DNA of 64,000 nucleotides from positions 200,545-264,544 of the forward strand of contig CAVPCT010000001.1 of the NCBI GenBank assembly GCA_963702475.1. Reading direction: 5' to 3'. Shown here piece by piece: positions 27,741 through 37,834 of this stretch. Made by a program: the position numbers and the translations under genes. This DNA comes from an uncultured Thermoleophilia bacterium (lineage in GTDB: Bacteria; Actinomycetota; Thermoleophilia; UBA2241). The notes under the pieces were generated by a model, which was not told the DNA's origin, ran no database searches, and was given only the letters and a program-made list of their open reading frames with translations. Every line of letters starts with the position of its first letter. Position 1 is the stretch's first letter.

Positions 27741-29522
27741 GTGGAACGCGCCCTCTTCCTGTCAGGCAACGAGGCCATCGCGCACGGCGCCGTGCGCGCC
27801 GGCGCCCGATTCGCCTGCGGTTACCCCGGCACGCCTTCCACCGAGATCGTGGAGACCGCCTCAGGGCTCGCCGGCATCCTCGCCGAGTGGTGCATCAACG
27901 AGAAGGTCGCCGTGGAGACCGCCGTGGGTGCGTCACTCGCGGGTGTCCGCACCATCGTCACCATGAAGCACGTCGGGCTGAACGTCGCCGCCGACCCGTT
28001 CATGACGCTGTCCCTCACGGGCGTCAACGGGGGGCTCGTGGTCATCAGCGCCGACGATCCCGGAATGCACTCGTCGCAGAACGAGCAGGACAACCGCAAC
28101 TTCGCCCGCTTCGCCAAGGTCCCCATGCTCGAGCCCTCCGACAGCCAGGAGGCCTACGACTTCATGGCCGAGGCCTTCGCCCTCTCGGAGGAGTTCGACA
28201 CGCCCGTACTGCTGCGTTCCACCACGCGACTCTCGCACGGCCGCGGGCGCGTCACCCCGCGGGTGGCAGTCGATCCGGAGCCGCGGGAGTACGCCCGCGA
28301 GATCGACAAGTACGTCATGGTGCCGCAGTACGCCCGCGAGCGTAACCGGCGCGTCCTCGAGCGCTTGCACCTGCTCCGTGACCGCGCCGAGCAGTCGCCG
28401 CTCAACGTACTTGAGGCGGGTACCGCGGACTTCGGGGTCATCGCCTCCGGCGTGGCGTACGACTATGCGCGCGAGGCGTTCCCTAAGGCCTGGTTCCTCA
28501 AGCTCGGCATGTCCTACCCGCTGCCCTACGGCAAAGTGGTGCGCCTGTACCAGCAGGTCTCTCGTGTGGCCGTTGTCGAGGAGCTGGACCCGTTCATCGA
28601 GGACCAGGTCCGCGCCCTGGGTCTGCCGGTGATCGGCAAGGAGGCCCTTCCGGCCGACGGGGAGTTCGACCAGGAGCTGGTGTTCAGGGCGCTCGAGCCC
28701 TTCGTGTCCCGCCGTCCGCCGCGACGCCGCCGGCCGGTCCTGCCGCCGGTGCTGCGTCCCGGCACACCGGCGCCGCCGGCCGCCCACTTGCCGGTGCGGC
28801 CCCCCGTGCTCTGCCCGGGCTGCTCGCACCGTTCGGTCTTCACGGCGCTGCGCAAACACAAGCTCGCCCCCATGGGCGACATCGGGTGCTACACACTCGG
28901 CGCACTGCCGCCGCTGCTCGCCATGGACAGTTGCCTCTGCATGGGCGCCGCGATCGGCATGATGGCCGGCTTCAACAAGGCGCTCGGGCGCAAGGCGGCG
29001 GCGGCCGTCATCGGCGACTCGACGTTCTTCCACTCGGGCATCACGCCGCTGATCGATGCCCACTACAACGAGGCCTCGGGGCTCGTGCTCGTCCTCGACA
29101 ATCGCACCACGGCCATGACCGGCCACCAGGGCCACCCCGGCACCGGCCGGCGGCCGGACGGCAGCACCGGCCGGTCGGTCGACCTCCAGACGCTGTGCCA
29201 AGGCATCGGCGTGCGCTGCCTCACCGTGGACGCCAACGATTTCCCTGCGCTCGACGCGGCCGTCAAGGAGGAGGTGCACGCTCCCGGCCTTGGGGTCATA
29301 GTGGCTCTCGCCCCCTGCGTGCTCACGTACCGGCCGGAGCCCGGCCGCGTGGACGTGGACGAAGACCGCTGCAACCTCTGCGGGCTCTGCCTGGCCATCG
29401 GCTGCCCCGCCATCGCCACGGGCGACGGCACGGTCACCATCACCGAGAGCTGCACCGCGTGTGGGCTGTGCGTCGATGTCTGCCGGCGCGGCGCCCTCAG
29501 CGTGGCAGGGGTCGAGGCGTGA
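27741..29522 (+). CDS. iorA: Indolepyruvate:ferredoxin oxidoreductase alpha subunit
   Basis: GNEAIA, GYPGTPSTE, NEKVA, MKHVGLNVAAD, SSQNEQD, LCPGCSH, GDIGCY, IGDSTFFHSG, C-terminal 2x[4Fe-4S]. Confidence 0.95.
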   Translation: MERALFLSGNEAIAHGAVRAGARFACGYPGTPSTEIVETASGLAGILAEWCINEKVAVETAVGASLAGVRTIVTMKHVGLNVAADPFMTLSLTGVNGGLVVISADDPGMHSSQNEQDNRNFARFAKVPMLEPSDSQEAYDFMAEAFALSEEFDTPVLLRSTTRLSHGRGRVTPRVAVDPEPREYAREIDKYVMVPQYARERNRRVLERLHLLRDRAEQSPLNVLEAGTADFGVIASGVAYDYAREAFPKAWFLKLGMSYPLPYGKVVRLYQQVSRVAVVEELDPFIEDQVRALGLPVIGKEALPADGEFDQELVFRALEPFVSRRPPRRRRPVLPPVLRPGTPAPPAAHLPVRPPVLCPGCSHRSVFTALRKHKLAPMGDIGCYTLGALPPLLAMDSCLCMGAAIGMMAGFNKALGRKAAAAVIGDSTFFHSGITPLIDAHYNEASGLVLVLDNRTTAMTGHQGHPGTGRRPDGSTGRSVDLQTLCQGIGVRCLTVDANDFPALDAAVKEEVHAPGLGVIVALAPCVLTYRPEPGRVDVDEDRCNLCGLCLAIGCPAIATGDGTVTITESCTACGLCVDVCRRGALSVAGVEA

Positions 29523-30112
29523 ACGGCATCACCACCGTCGCGCTCGCCGGCGTCGGCGGCCAGGGCATCCTGCTCGCCGCCGCCGTCCTGGCCGAGACGG
29601 CTGCCGCCGAGGGTCTGGACGTCAAGGCCAGTGAGGTCAAGGGTATGGCCCAGCGCGGCGGCAGCGTGCGCAGCACCGTGCGCTTCGGCTCCCAGGTCTG
29701 GTCGCCGGTCTCGCCGCACGCCGATGTGGTCATCGCCATCGAGGAGCTCGAGGGGTACCGAGCCCTGGAGACCATCGTGCCGGGCGGCACCCTCGTGCTC
29801 GCGGCCACCACGCACATCCTGCCCGGCAGCGTGCTGCGCGGAGAGGAGGAGTACCCGGGGGATCTGGCGGCGTTCGCCGCGTCGCGCGAGGTGCGCGTGC
29901 TCGCCGTCGACGCTGAGGCGCTGGCGCTCGAGGCCGGCTCGGCGCGCGCGGTCAACGTCGCGTTGCTGGGTGCCGCCAGCACAGTCCTTCCGTTCTCCGC
30001 CGAGGCGTGGCGCACCGGGCTCAGCGCCGCCGTGCCGGCCAGGATCCTCGCAGTCAACGAGCGGGCGTTCGCCCTGGGGCGTGACGCCGCACATCAGGAG
30101 GTCGCGCCGTGA
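29519..30112 (+). CDS. iorB: Indolepyruvate:ferredoxin oxidoreductase beta subunit
   Basis: GVGGQG, SEVKGMAQRGGSV, NVALLGA, N.RAF.LG. Confidence 0.93.
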   Translation: MNGITTVALAGVGGQGILLAAAVLAETAAAEGLDVKASEVKGMAQRGGSVRSTVRFGSQVWSPVSPHADVVIAIEELEGYRALETIVPGGTLVLAATTHILPGSVLRGEEEYPGDLAAFAASREVRVLAVDAEALALEAGSARAVNVALLGAASTVLPFSAEAWRTGLSAAVPARILAVNERAFALGRDAAHQEVAP

Positions 30113-30522
30113 AGGTCACGCAGCTCACCGCTTTCCTCGAGAACCGCAGCGGGCGGCTCGCCGAGGTCGCCGATATCCTCGGCAACGCCGGCATCAACAT
30201 CCGCGGCTTCTCCACCACCGAGGCCGCCGAGTACGGCATCGTACGCCTCATCGTGACCGAGCCGGAGAAGGCCCGCCGGCTGCTGCACGACGCGGGCTTC
30301 ACCACACACTTCGCCCAGGTGGTGTGCGTCAAGGTCGAGGACGAGCCCGGCGGCCTGGCCCGCGTGCTCGACGAGCTCGCCGCCGCGGGCGTCTCCATCG
30401 ACTATCTGTACAGCATCTCGTTCCAGTACATCTGCTTCGCCCTGCGCGACGTGGACCGCGCGGTCGAGCTGCTCCAGGGCAAGGTCGAGATGCTGAGCGA
30501 CGAGGAGGTGCTCGCCCTGTGA
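30109..30522 (+). CDS. Tandem ACT-domain protein
   Basis: QLTAFLENRSGRL, GINIR, D.PGGL, IDYLY; typical neighbour of iorAB/paaK. Confidence 0.88.
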   Translation: MKVTQLTAFLENRSGRLAEVADILGNAGINIRGFSTTEAAEYGIVRLIVTEPEKARRLLHDAGFTTHFAQVVCVKVEDEPGGLARVLDELAAAGVSIDYLYSISFQYICFALRDVDRAVELLQGKVEMLSDEEVLAL

Positions 30523-31871
30523 CCGCGACGTCCGAAGAACAGCACCTGGTCCGCGACCAGGCCGGCGGCCTCTGGTGGCAGCCGGCCGCAGAGACCATGC
30601 AGCGAGAGCAGCTGCAGGCGCTGCAGCTCGACCGCCTGCGGGCGTCGCTGCAGAACGCCTACGACAACGTCCCCTTCTACCGCAAGAAGCTGGACGAGGC
30701 CGGCGTCCTGCCCGGCGACGTGATGACGCGTGACGACGTCGCCGGGCTACCCTTCACCACCAAGGTCGACCTCCGCGATCACTACCCGTTCGGCATGTTC
30801 GCGCGCCCGCGCGATCAAATCGTGCGCGTGCACGCCAGCTCCGGCACTACCGGTAACCCGACCACCGTGGGCTACACGCGCGAGGACATCCTCACGTGGT
30901 GTCACCTGATCGCCCGCACCCTCGCCGCAGGGGGCGTCGAGCCCGGCGACCTGCTTCAGAACGCCTTCGGCTATGGTCTCTTCACCGGCGGCCTCGGTCT
31001 GCACACCGGCGCCGAGCTGCTCGGCTGCACCGTCGTGCCCATCTCCGGCGGCAACACCGAGCGTCAGCTGAAGATCATGCGCGACTTCGGCGCCACCGCC
31101 CTGAGCTGCACGCCGTCGTACGCCATGTACCTCGCCGACGCCGCCCGCGACCGCGGCCTGCGCCCCGACGACCTCCCCATCAGGGTCGGCTTCTTCGGGG
31201 CCGAGCCCTGGACCAACGAGCTGCGCGTGCAGATCGAGGCCGGTCTCGGCGCCGACGCCCTGGACATCTACGGCCTCTCCGAGATGGGCGGCCCCGGCGT
31301 CGCCTTCGAGTGCCTCTGCAAGGCGGGTATGCACATCAACGAGGACCACTACCTGGCGGAGATCGTCGATCCCGACACCCTTCGGCCGCTCCCGTTCGGC
31401 GAGGTCGGCGAGCTCGTCTTCACCACGCTCAGCCGCGAGGCCCAGCCGCTCATCCGCTACCGTACGCGCGACCTCTGCCGGCTCATCGCCGAGCCCTGTG
31501 CCTGTGGGCGCACCTCCGTGCGCATGGACAAGCCCATCGGGCGCAGCGACGACATGCTCATCATCCGCGGCGTCAACGTGTTCCCCAGCCAGATCGAAGA
31601 GGTGCTCATGGGCATCCCGGAGATCGAGCCCCACTACCAGATCGTGGTGGACCGCAAGGGGTACCTGGACGTCATCGAGGTGTGGGTCGAGGTCGGGGAG
31701 GACATCTTCGCCGAGACCATGGGCGACCTGGAGCGCTTCCAGCGCGGCGTGCAGGCGCGCGTCTTCAACGTGCTCAACATCCAGGTGGCGGTGAAGCTCA
31801 AGGAGCCGCGCACCATCCAGCGTTCCGAGGGCAAAGCAGTGCGCGTCGTCGACAGGCGCACGGCGCTCTGA
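30519..31871 (+). CDS. paaK: Phenylacetate-CoA ligase
   Basis: HASSGTTG, YGLFTGGLG, GAEPW, DIYGLSE, IRYRTRD, GRSDDMLIIRGVNVFP, EGKA.RVVD. Confidence 0.95.
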   Translation: MTATSEEQHLVRDQAGGLWWQPAAETMQREQLQALQLDRLRASLQNAYDNVPFYRKKLDEAGVLPGDVMTRDDVAGLPFTTKVDLRDHYPFGMFARPRDQIVRVHASSGTTGNPTTVGYTREDILTWCHLIARTLAAGGVEPGDLLQNAFGYGLFTGGLGLHTGAELLGCTVVPISGGNTERQLKIMRDFGATALSCTPSYAMYLADAARDRGLRPDDLPIRVGFFGAEPWTNELRVQIEAGLGADALDIYGLSEMGGPGVAFECLCKAGMHINEDHYLAEIVDPDTLRPLPFGEVGELVFTTLSREAQPLIRYRTRDLCRLIAEPCACGRTSVRMDKPIGRSDDMLIIRGVNVFPSQIEEVLMGIPEIEPHYQIVVDRKGYLDVIEVWVEVGEDIFAETMGDLERFQRGVQARVFNVLNIQVAVKLKEPRTIQRSEGKAVRVVDRRTAL

Positions 31872-31882
31872 GGACGACCTGA

Positions 31883-31922
31883 CGACGGCGGCGGGAGCGG
31901 CGAGCCGCTCCCGCCGCCGTCG
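31883..31922 (+). terminator. Terminator hairpin after paaK
   Basis: Perfect 18-bp stem CGACGGCGGCGGGAGCGG / CCGCTCCCGCCGCCGTCG with a CGAG loop. Confidence 0.65.
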
Positions 31923-31930
31923 CGTCTCCC

Positions 31931-33016
31931 ATGCCGCTGCCGCTGCGCACCTCGAGGCTGACCATCCGGCCGCTCGGGGCCGGCGACGCGGCCGACGTCC
32001 TCGCCGTGTACGGCGACCCGGTGGTACTGCGGCACTGGAACAGCGCCCCCCTGGACGACCCGCACGAGGCCGCGGCGTGGGCGGCGAGACAGGGCGAGCG
32101 GCACCGCTCGCTCGGCTTCGCCCAGTGGCACGTGAGCCGCCGCGACGACGGCGCCTTCGTAGGGTGCCTGGGCCTCCAGCCGCTCGGCGACGAGGTGGAG
32201 ATCCTCTACGCCCTGCAGCCCCGGTCCTGGGGGCACGGCTTCGCGGCGGAGGCCGGACGGGCCGCGCTCCGCTACGCGTTTCTGGAGGCCGGACTCCCGC
32301 GGGTGGTGGCCATCGCCCGCGAGGCGAACGAGAGGTCACTCCGGGTGCTCGAGCGGCTCGCGATGCGGCCCCGGGGCACGGCCACCCACTGGGACAGCGA
32401 GTGGCTGGAGTACGGGCTCACGGCGGAGGCGTGGCGCGACGGCCGCGCCGTGGTGTCGCCGCCGCTTCCGACCGCTCGTCTGGAGCTGCGCCGCTTCGTG
32501 CCCGGGGACCTGGAAGGGCTCGCCCGGGTCTTCGGCGACCCCGACGTCATGCGGTTCGTCGGCGAGAGCCGGGAGCCGCTGGACGCAGCCCGGCTTGCCG
32601 CATCCCAGGAGAGTGTGCTTGAGCACTGGCGGGCACACGGGTTCGGCCCGCTCACCCTCGTGGAGCGGGCCTCCGGCCGCGTGGTGGGCGAGGCGGGCCT
32701 GCAGCTGCTCGAGCACGGTCCCGACGTCGAGCTCACGTACACGCTGGCGCGCGCCGTGTGGGGTCGCGGCTACGCGACCGAGGCCGCGCGCGCCGTTCTG
32801 CGCTGGGCTTTCGCCGGGCTGCGCCTGCCGCGCGTCGTGGCGGTGACGTGGCCGCAGAACACCGCCTCCGTGCGCGTCGTGCGCAAGCTCGGCCTGGCGC
32901 CGCGAGGGATGAGGAGGTGCTACGGCGGAGAGCTCGCCGAGTACGATCTTCAGATGGGCGAGTGGCGCCGCCGCGGCGATGCGCCTGCCGGCCGCCTGGA
33001 GACGCCGGTCGGATGA
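31931..33016 (+). CDS. Tandem RimJ/RimL-type GNAT acetyltransferase (two domains)
   Basis: Two copies of T.RL..R..D..V....WG.G.A.EA..A.L..N..S.RV..KL. Confidence 0.85.
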   Translation: MPLPLRTSRLTIRPLGAGDAADVLAVYGDPVVLRHWNSAPLDDPHEAAAWAARQGERHRSLGFAQWHVSRRDDGAFVGCLGLQPLGDEVEILYALQPRSWGHGFAAEAGRAALRYAFLEAGLPRVVAIAREANERSLRVLERLAMRPRGTATHWDSEWLEYGLTAEAWRDGRAVVSPPLPTARLELRRFVPGDLEGLARVFGDPDVMRFVGESREPLDAARLAASQESVLEHWRAHGFGPLTLVERASGRVVGEAGLQLLEHGPDVELTYTLARAVWGRGYATEAARAVLRWAFAGLRLPRVVAVTWPQNTASVRVVRKLGLAPRGMRRCYGGELAEYDLQMGEWRRRGDAPAGRLETPVG

Positions 33017-33096
33017 CCCGGGGCCGGCCGCCCGGCCGCATGCCCGTCGGTCCGGCCGGCGCCGCCCGAGTGCGGGCGCAGGCGCGCCCGTCGAGC

Positions 33097-35259
33097 TCAG
33101 TGCTTGTCCGGCCCCGCAGTCGGCGTGACCGTGGGCGCCGGCGCCGTGGGCGTTGGCTGCGGCGCCGTGGGCGTGGGTTGGGGCGTGGTGGGCTTGGGCG
33201 ACGGGGTGGGCTGCACGGTCGGTTTGATCGTCTTCGTCGGGCCCGGCTCGGGAGTGGCGCTCTCGCTCGAAGCGGCCGACGGCGAGGCCGACGGCGACAT
33301 GGCCTGCATCTTGCCCTGCCAGAAGCCGAAGGTCCACGGCACTATCGCGAAGGCGGGGTGCTTCGAGTCTCCGAGCGCCGCGGCGAAGAACTTGGCCCAC
33401 ATCGGCGCGCAGTAGGTGCCGCCGTAGGCGCCGCTCATGGGTGAGTTCTTCTCGGCGTCGCCCATCCACACGGAGGCGGCGAGGTTGGGCGTGTAGCCCA
33501 CGTACCACACGTCCCAGCCGTTCTCGGTGGTGCCTGTCTTGCCGGCGCGCGGGTACGGGAAGTACGACCCGGTGGCCGAGCCGGTGCCCCCGGTGGCGAC
33601 GCGTTCCAGGCAGGTGGTGACCACGCTGGCCACACCGGCGGGGATGGCGCGCTTGCCCTTGGTCTTGGGCTTCCAGTCCACGCGCCCGTTGGTGAGCACG
33701 ACCTTCACGATGGCCTGCGGTCTGCGATAGATGCCGCCGGCGGCCAGGGTGGCGTAGGCGCTCGCCATCTCGAGCGGCGTGACGCCGGAGGTGCCCAGCG
33801 TGATGGACGGCACCTCGTCGAGCGGGCTCTTGATGCCCAACTTGTGCGCGAGGGCCACGGTGTTCTCGGGGCCGACATCCACGCTCAGCTGGGCGAAGAC
33901 CACGTTGTCAGAGATGGTGGTGGCGGCCGACACGCTCTCGGGCCCACCGGGGCCGTCGCCGTTGACCACCCACGGCTCGGCCCCGTAGCCCATCGGGATG
34001 ATGATGGGGCTCTGGGACGAGTAGTAGGTGCTGTCGGGGTTCATGCCCTGCATCACGCCTGTGGCGAGGACGAAAGGCTTCATGGAGGAGCCCGCCTGGC
34101 GGCGCGCCTGCCACGCGAGGTTGAACTTCTGCTTCTTGTAGTCGAGGCCGCCGACCATGGTGCGGATGTAGCCGTTGCGCGGGTCGATGGCGACCAGGGC
34201 CGCCGACGGCTTGAAGCCGAAGTCCAGCGGCCCGGTGGTGCTCTTGATGACCTTGATGGCCTCGCGCTGCCACGCCATGTCGATGCTGGTGTAGACCTTG
34301 AGCCCGCCCTCGAACACCTGGCGCGAACCGTAGCGTTTGGTGAGCACGCGCGTGACGTAGTCGGTGAAGTAGTCGGCCATGCTGTTGTTCTTGTTGGGAG
34401 GGTGCTTGAACACGCCAAGGGCCTTCGTGGTGGTCTTGTCGGCGCGCTCCTGCGTGATGTAGCCCTGATCGGCCATCAGCTGGAGCACGATGCTGCGCCG
34501 TTCCTTGGCGAGCTTGGGATCGGTGGTGGGCGCGTACTGGGTGGGGAACTTGGGGAGCGCGGCCAGCAGCGCGGCGTCCTGCAGGTTGAGGTCCTTGGCG
34601 TGCTTGTGGAAGTACGTGAGCGCCGCCGCCTCGACGCCGTACGCGCCGGCGCCGTAATACACCGTGTTGAGGTAGGCGGTGAGGATGTGGTCCTTGGTCC
34701 ACTTGTCCTCGAGCTGCCACGCCAGTACGGCCTCGCGCAGCTTGCGCGTGTAGGTGCGCTCGTTGCCGACGTAGGCGTTCTTGACGTACTGCTCGGTGAT
34801 GGTGGACCCGCCCTGCACCACGGTGCCGGCGCGGAGGTTGAGCACCATGGCGCGCATGACGCTCTTGAAGTCGACGCCGTGGTGCTGGTAGAAGCGCTCG
34901 TCCTCGACGGCCACGGTGGCGTCCTTCATCACCTGCGGGATCTGCTCGCTGGGCACGAGGACGCGGTTCTCGGCCCCGTGCAGCTCGGCGATGAGCTCGC
35001 CGTGGCGGTCGTAGATGGTGGTGTTGACCGCGTTGCGCCGCTTCTCGAGCTGGTCCAGCGACGGCAGGTTGCGGGAGACGGCGAAGATGGCGCCGGCCGC
35101 GGCGCAGAGCGTGGCGATGGCGACGAGCAGCACAACGATACCCGTGACCTTCAGCCACAGGTACTTGCGCTTGCCGCGCCGCTTCTGCTTCTGACGCCGC
35201 TGGCGCCCGCGGCGCGCCACGCTCGCCGGGTCGCTGCGGTACCGGGTGTACTCAGCCAT
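33097..35259 (-). CDS. Class A penicillin-binding protein (transglycosylase/transpeptidase)
   Basis: EDERFYQHHG, GGSTITEQ, RKLRE, SSMK, SDN, KTG; Pro/Thr-rich C-terminal tail. Confidence 0.95.
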   Translation of the reverse strand: MAEYTRYRSDPASVARRGRQRRQKQKRRGKRKYLWLKVTGIVVLLVAIATLCAAAGAIFAVSRNLPSLDQLEKRRNAVNTTIYDRHGELIAELHGAENRVLVPSEQIPQVMKDATVAVEDERFYQHHGVDFKSVMRAMVLNLRAGTVVQGGSTITEQYVKNAYVGNERTYTRKLREAVLAWQLEDKWTKDHILTAYLNTVYYGAGAYGVEAAALTYFHKHAKDLNLQDAALLAALPKFPTQYAPTTDPKLAKERRSIVLQLMADQGYITQERADKTTTKALGVFKHPPNKNNSMADYFTDYVTRVLTKRYGSRQVFEGGLKVYTSIDMAWQREAIKVIKSTTGPLDFGFKPSAALVAIDPRNGYIRTMVGGLDYKKQKFNLAWQARRQAGSSMKPFVLATGVMQGMNPDSTYYSSQSPIIIPMGYGAEPWVVNGDGPGGPESVSAATTISDNVVFAQLSVDVGPENTVALAHKLGIKSPLDEVPSITLGTSGVTPLEMASAYATLAAGGIYRRPQAIVKVVLTNGRVDWKPKTKGKRAIPAGVASVVTTCLERVATGGTGSATGSYFPYPRAGKTGTTENGWDVWYVGYTPNLAASVWMGDAEKNSPMSGAYGGTYCAPMWAKFFAAALGDSKHPAFAIVPWTFGFWQGKMQAMSPSASPSAASSESATPEPGPTKTIKPTVQPTPSPKPTTPQPTPTAPQPTPTAPAPTVTPTAGPDKH
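33140..33195 (-). repeat. Short coding tandem repeat (PQPTPTA-type, 21 nt) in the PBP tail
   Basis: GGCGCCGTGGGCGT repeated at 21-nt spacing; the protein reads PQPTPTAPQPTPTAP. Confidence 0.6.
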
Positions 35260-35307
35260 GACTGTTCATTCTACTGGACGAGGTGACGCGGGAGCCGCGC
35301 GCCACGT

Positions 35308-36105
35308 TCAGGCCGGCGCGCGGCTGAGATCGTCGTCCCCCGGGTCCTCGTGGCGCACGACCCTCCCCTTCTTGGGCGCGACCCGGCGCGCGAGCGGGAT
35401 GCTGATCTCGTAGAGGACGAGGAGCGGCACGAGCATGGCGAGCATGGAGAAGGGGTCCTGGCTGGGCGTGATGATGGCGGCGGCGATGGCCATGATGACG
35501 ATCGCCCAGCGACGGTTCTTCTTGAGGAACCTGTCGTCGATGACGCCGACCTTGGCGAGCAGCACGAGGATGACCGGCATCTCGAAGACCGCCCCGAAGG
35601 CGAGGATGAAGAGGGCCACGAAGGTGAAGTAATCGGTGGCCCGGTTCTGGATGTTGAAGCTGCCGGCGTTGAAGCCCAGCAGGAACTGCAGGCCGCGCGG
35701 CAGGACCACGAGGTAGCCGAAGACGACGCCCCCGAGGAAGAGGGCGCTGGTGGCCACGACGATGGGGTAGAAGTACTTCTTCTCGCCGGAGGAGAAGGCC
35801 GGCCCCACGTAGGCCCACAGCTGCCAGATGAGGAAGGGGCTGGCCATGAGGATGGCGGCCACCACCCAGACCTTGAGGCTGATGAGGAACGGCTCCGTGG
35901 GGCTGAAGGTGGCGATCTTGTAGGCCGCGGGGTCGAGGTTCGGGACCTGGTTCAGGGGATAGAGGAGCAGGTCGAAGACGCGGTCGCTGAAGATGGAGGC
36001 GATGAGCAGCCCGACGGCGAGCGCGATGACGCACATGACGATGCGCTTGCGCAGCTCGTCGAGGTGTTCGTACAGGCTGAGGCGTGCTTCGGGGTCGACG
36101 GGCAT
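35308..36105 (-). CDS. tatC: Twin-arginine translocase subunit TatC
   Basis: L.EHLDELRKR, SPTEPF, WQLWAYVGP, FEMP, AAIITP.QD, LYEISI. Confidence 0.95.
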   Translation of the reverse strand: MPVDPEARLSLYEHLDELRKRIVMCVIALAVGLLIASIFSDRVFDLLLYPLNQVPNLDPAAYKIATFSPTEPFLISLKVWVVAAILMASPFLIWQLWAYVGPAFSSGEKKYFYPIVVATSALFLGGVVFGYLVVLPRGLQFLLGFNAGSFNIQNRATDYFTFVALFILAFGAVFEMPVILVLLAKVGVIDDRFLKKNRRWAIVIMAIAAAIITPSQDPFSMLAMLVPLLVLYEISIPLARRVAPKKGRVVRHEDPGDDDLSRAPA

Positions 36106-36112
36106 GGCGGCG

Positions 36113-36652
36113 TCAGGCGTCCTTGTCGGCGGCGGCGGTGTCGCGCTCGCCGGTCGCGGTGGCCGAGGAGCCGTTGCCCGACGGCTTCTGGCCGAGCATC
36201 TCTTCGAGCACGGCGTCGTTCATGGCGATGCCGGCGCCCTGTGGCCAGGAGTCGTCATCGTCGACGGGTGGGGCCACCTGCACGGGCTTGTCGACGGCCG
36301 CAGCGCCCGCGCTCTTCGCGGCGCCGGCGCCGATGACCGTCTTGGCCACCGACATCGGGCTCTTGAGGTCGATGGACATGCCGGCCTTGATCGCGCCGAG
36401 CGCCTCGCCGGCGCCGGTGCTCTTGACGTCGTCCTTGACGCCGTTGTAGTCGCTGGTGATGCCGTCCCGCACGCCCTTGAACTCGTCGATGACCTCGTCC
36501 AGCCCCAGCTCTGACTTGGCCGAGTTGGTGGCGCGCCGGAACTCGCGGACGGCGCGCCCCAGGCTGCGCCCGGCCTGGGGCAGGCGATTCGGCCCGAAGA
36601 TCAGCAGGGCGATGACGAGCACAAGGATGATCTCCATGGGGCCGACGCTCAC
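36113..36652 (-). CDS. Twin-arginine translocase TatA/TatB-family subunit
   Basis: GPMEIILVLVIALLIFGPNRLP..GR..REFRRA; RBS GAGGT. Confidence 0.9.
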   Translation of the reverse strand: MSVGPMEIILVLVIALLIFGPNRLPQAGRSLGRAVREFRRATNSAKSELGLDEVIDEFKGVRDGITSDYNGVKDDVKSTGAGEALGAIKAGMSIDLKSPMSVAKTVIGAGAAKSAGAAAVDKPVQVAPPVDDDDSWPQGAGIAMNDAVLEEMLGQKPSGNGSSATATGERDTAAADKDA

Positions 36653-36766
36653 GGGGGGGTACCTCGAGTCGGGAGGGTATCGAGCGCCACTAATCTTAGA
36701 GGGGCCGCTGCGCAGATTCAACGCGGCCCCCTCCGCCCGCCGCCGTTGCTGCTCCGTCCGCGCCTC

Positions 36767-36872
36767 GGCGTTTCAAAAACACGCGGGAAACGCCTGCAAA
36801 TGACGTATGAAGCGGGGATACCCCCGGAGGTTCTTCTCGTAGTTGCCCGGCGCGCACCCCGTTTGATATAGT
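36767..36872 (+). promoter_or_regulatory. nuo operon promoter with an upstream inverted repeat
   Basis: TTGCCC(36843)-18 nt-TATAGT(36867) with an extended TG; GGCGTTTC-N12-GAAACGCC at 36767-36794. Confidence 0.45.
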
Positions 36873-36907
36873 CCGCCACGCGCCTCGCACCGGGGTGGGT
36901 CGGTGCC

Positions 36908-37297
36908 TTGGCGCTTCTGCTCATGGGGATGATCGCGACATACCTAACAGACTGGGTCTACGTCTGGCTGTTCATCGTCGCCGGGGCGGCGCTGGTGGTC
37001 GCCATCCTGCTGTTCTCCAAGGTCATCAACCCCAGCCACCCCACGCCCGAGAAGCTGTCCACGTACGAATGCGGCATCCCGCCGGTCGGCAACCCGTGGG
37101 CGCCGTTCGCGGTGCGGTACTACGTGGTCGCACTGCTGTTCCTGGTCTTCGACGTGGAGGCCGTGTTCCTGTTCCCGTGGGCACTCGTGTTCCGCTCGCT
37201 CGGCACGGCGGGCTTCGTCGAGATGCTGCTGTTCATCGCCGTCCTCGGTCTCGGCCTGCTGTACGCGTGGCGAAAGGGGGCGCTGGAGTGGGCGTGA
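36908..37297 (+). CDS. nuoA: NADH-quinone oxidoreductase subunit A
   Basis: [35 protein letters not shown]. Start may be ATG 36923 or 36929. Confidence 0.95.
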   Translation: MALLLMGMIATYLTDWVYVWLFIVAGAALVVAILLFSKVINPSHPTPEKLSTYECGIPPVGNPWAPFAVRYYVVALLFLVFDVEAVFLFPWALVFRSLGTAGFVEMLLFIAVLGLGLLYAWRKGALEWA

Positions 37298-37833
37298 GCG
37301 ACCTGCGCTACCCGAAGCTCGAGAACTTCAACAAGCCCAACGTCATCACCACGACCGCGGACTTCGTATTCAGCTGGGCGCGCTCGCATTCCGTGTTCCC
37401 GTTCACCTACGGTCTGGCCTGCTGCGCCATCGAGATGCTGAGCTCGGGCTTCGCCCGCTTCGACGTGGCGCGGTACGGCATGGAGGTCTTCCGGCCGACC
37501 CCGCGCCAGTGTGACCTCATGATCGTGGCCGGCACGTGCAACGAGAAGATGGCACCGGTGCTCCGCCGCCTGTACGACCAGATGGCCGAGCCCAAGTGGG
37601 TCATCAGCATGGGCGCCTGCGCCACCAGCGGCGGGCCCTTCTACGACGGCTACAACGTCGTCAACGGCGTCGACAAGATCGTGCCGGTCGACGTGTACAT
37701 CCCCGGCTGCCCGCCGCGTCCCGAGGCCCTGTTCCAGGGGCTGCTGGAGCTTCAGGGCAAGATCCAGCGCCACAAGTTCGTGGCCGAGCTGCCCGAAGTG
37801 GGCGCCGGCGGCGACGTCGCCGAGAAGGGCTGA
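37294..37833 (+). CDS. nuoB: NADH-quinone oxidoreductase subunit B
   Basis: [42 protein letters not shown]. Confidence 0.95.
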   Translation: MSDLRYPKLENFNKPNVITTTADFVFSWARSHSVFPFTYGLACCAIEMLSSGFARFDVARYGMEVFRPTPRQCDLMIVAGTCNEKMAPVLRRLYDQMAEPKWVISMGACATSGGPFYDGYNVVNGVDKIVPVDVYIPGCPPRPEALFQGLLELQGKIQRHKFVAELPEVGAGGDVAEKG

Positions 37834-37834
37834 C

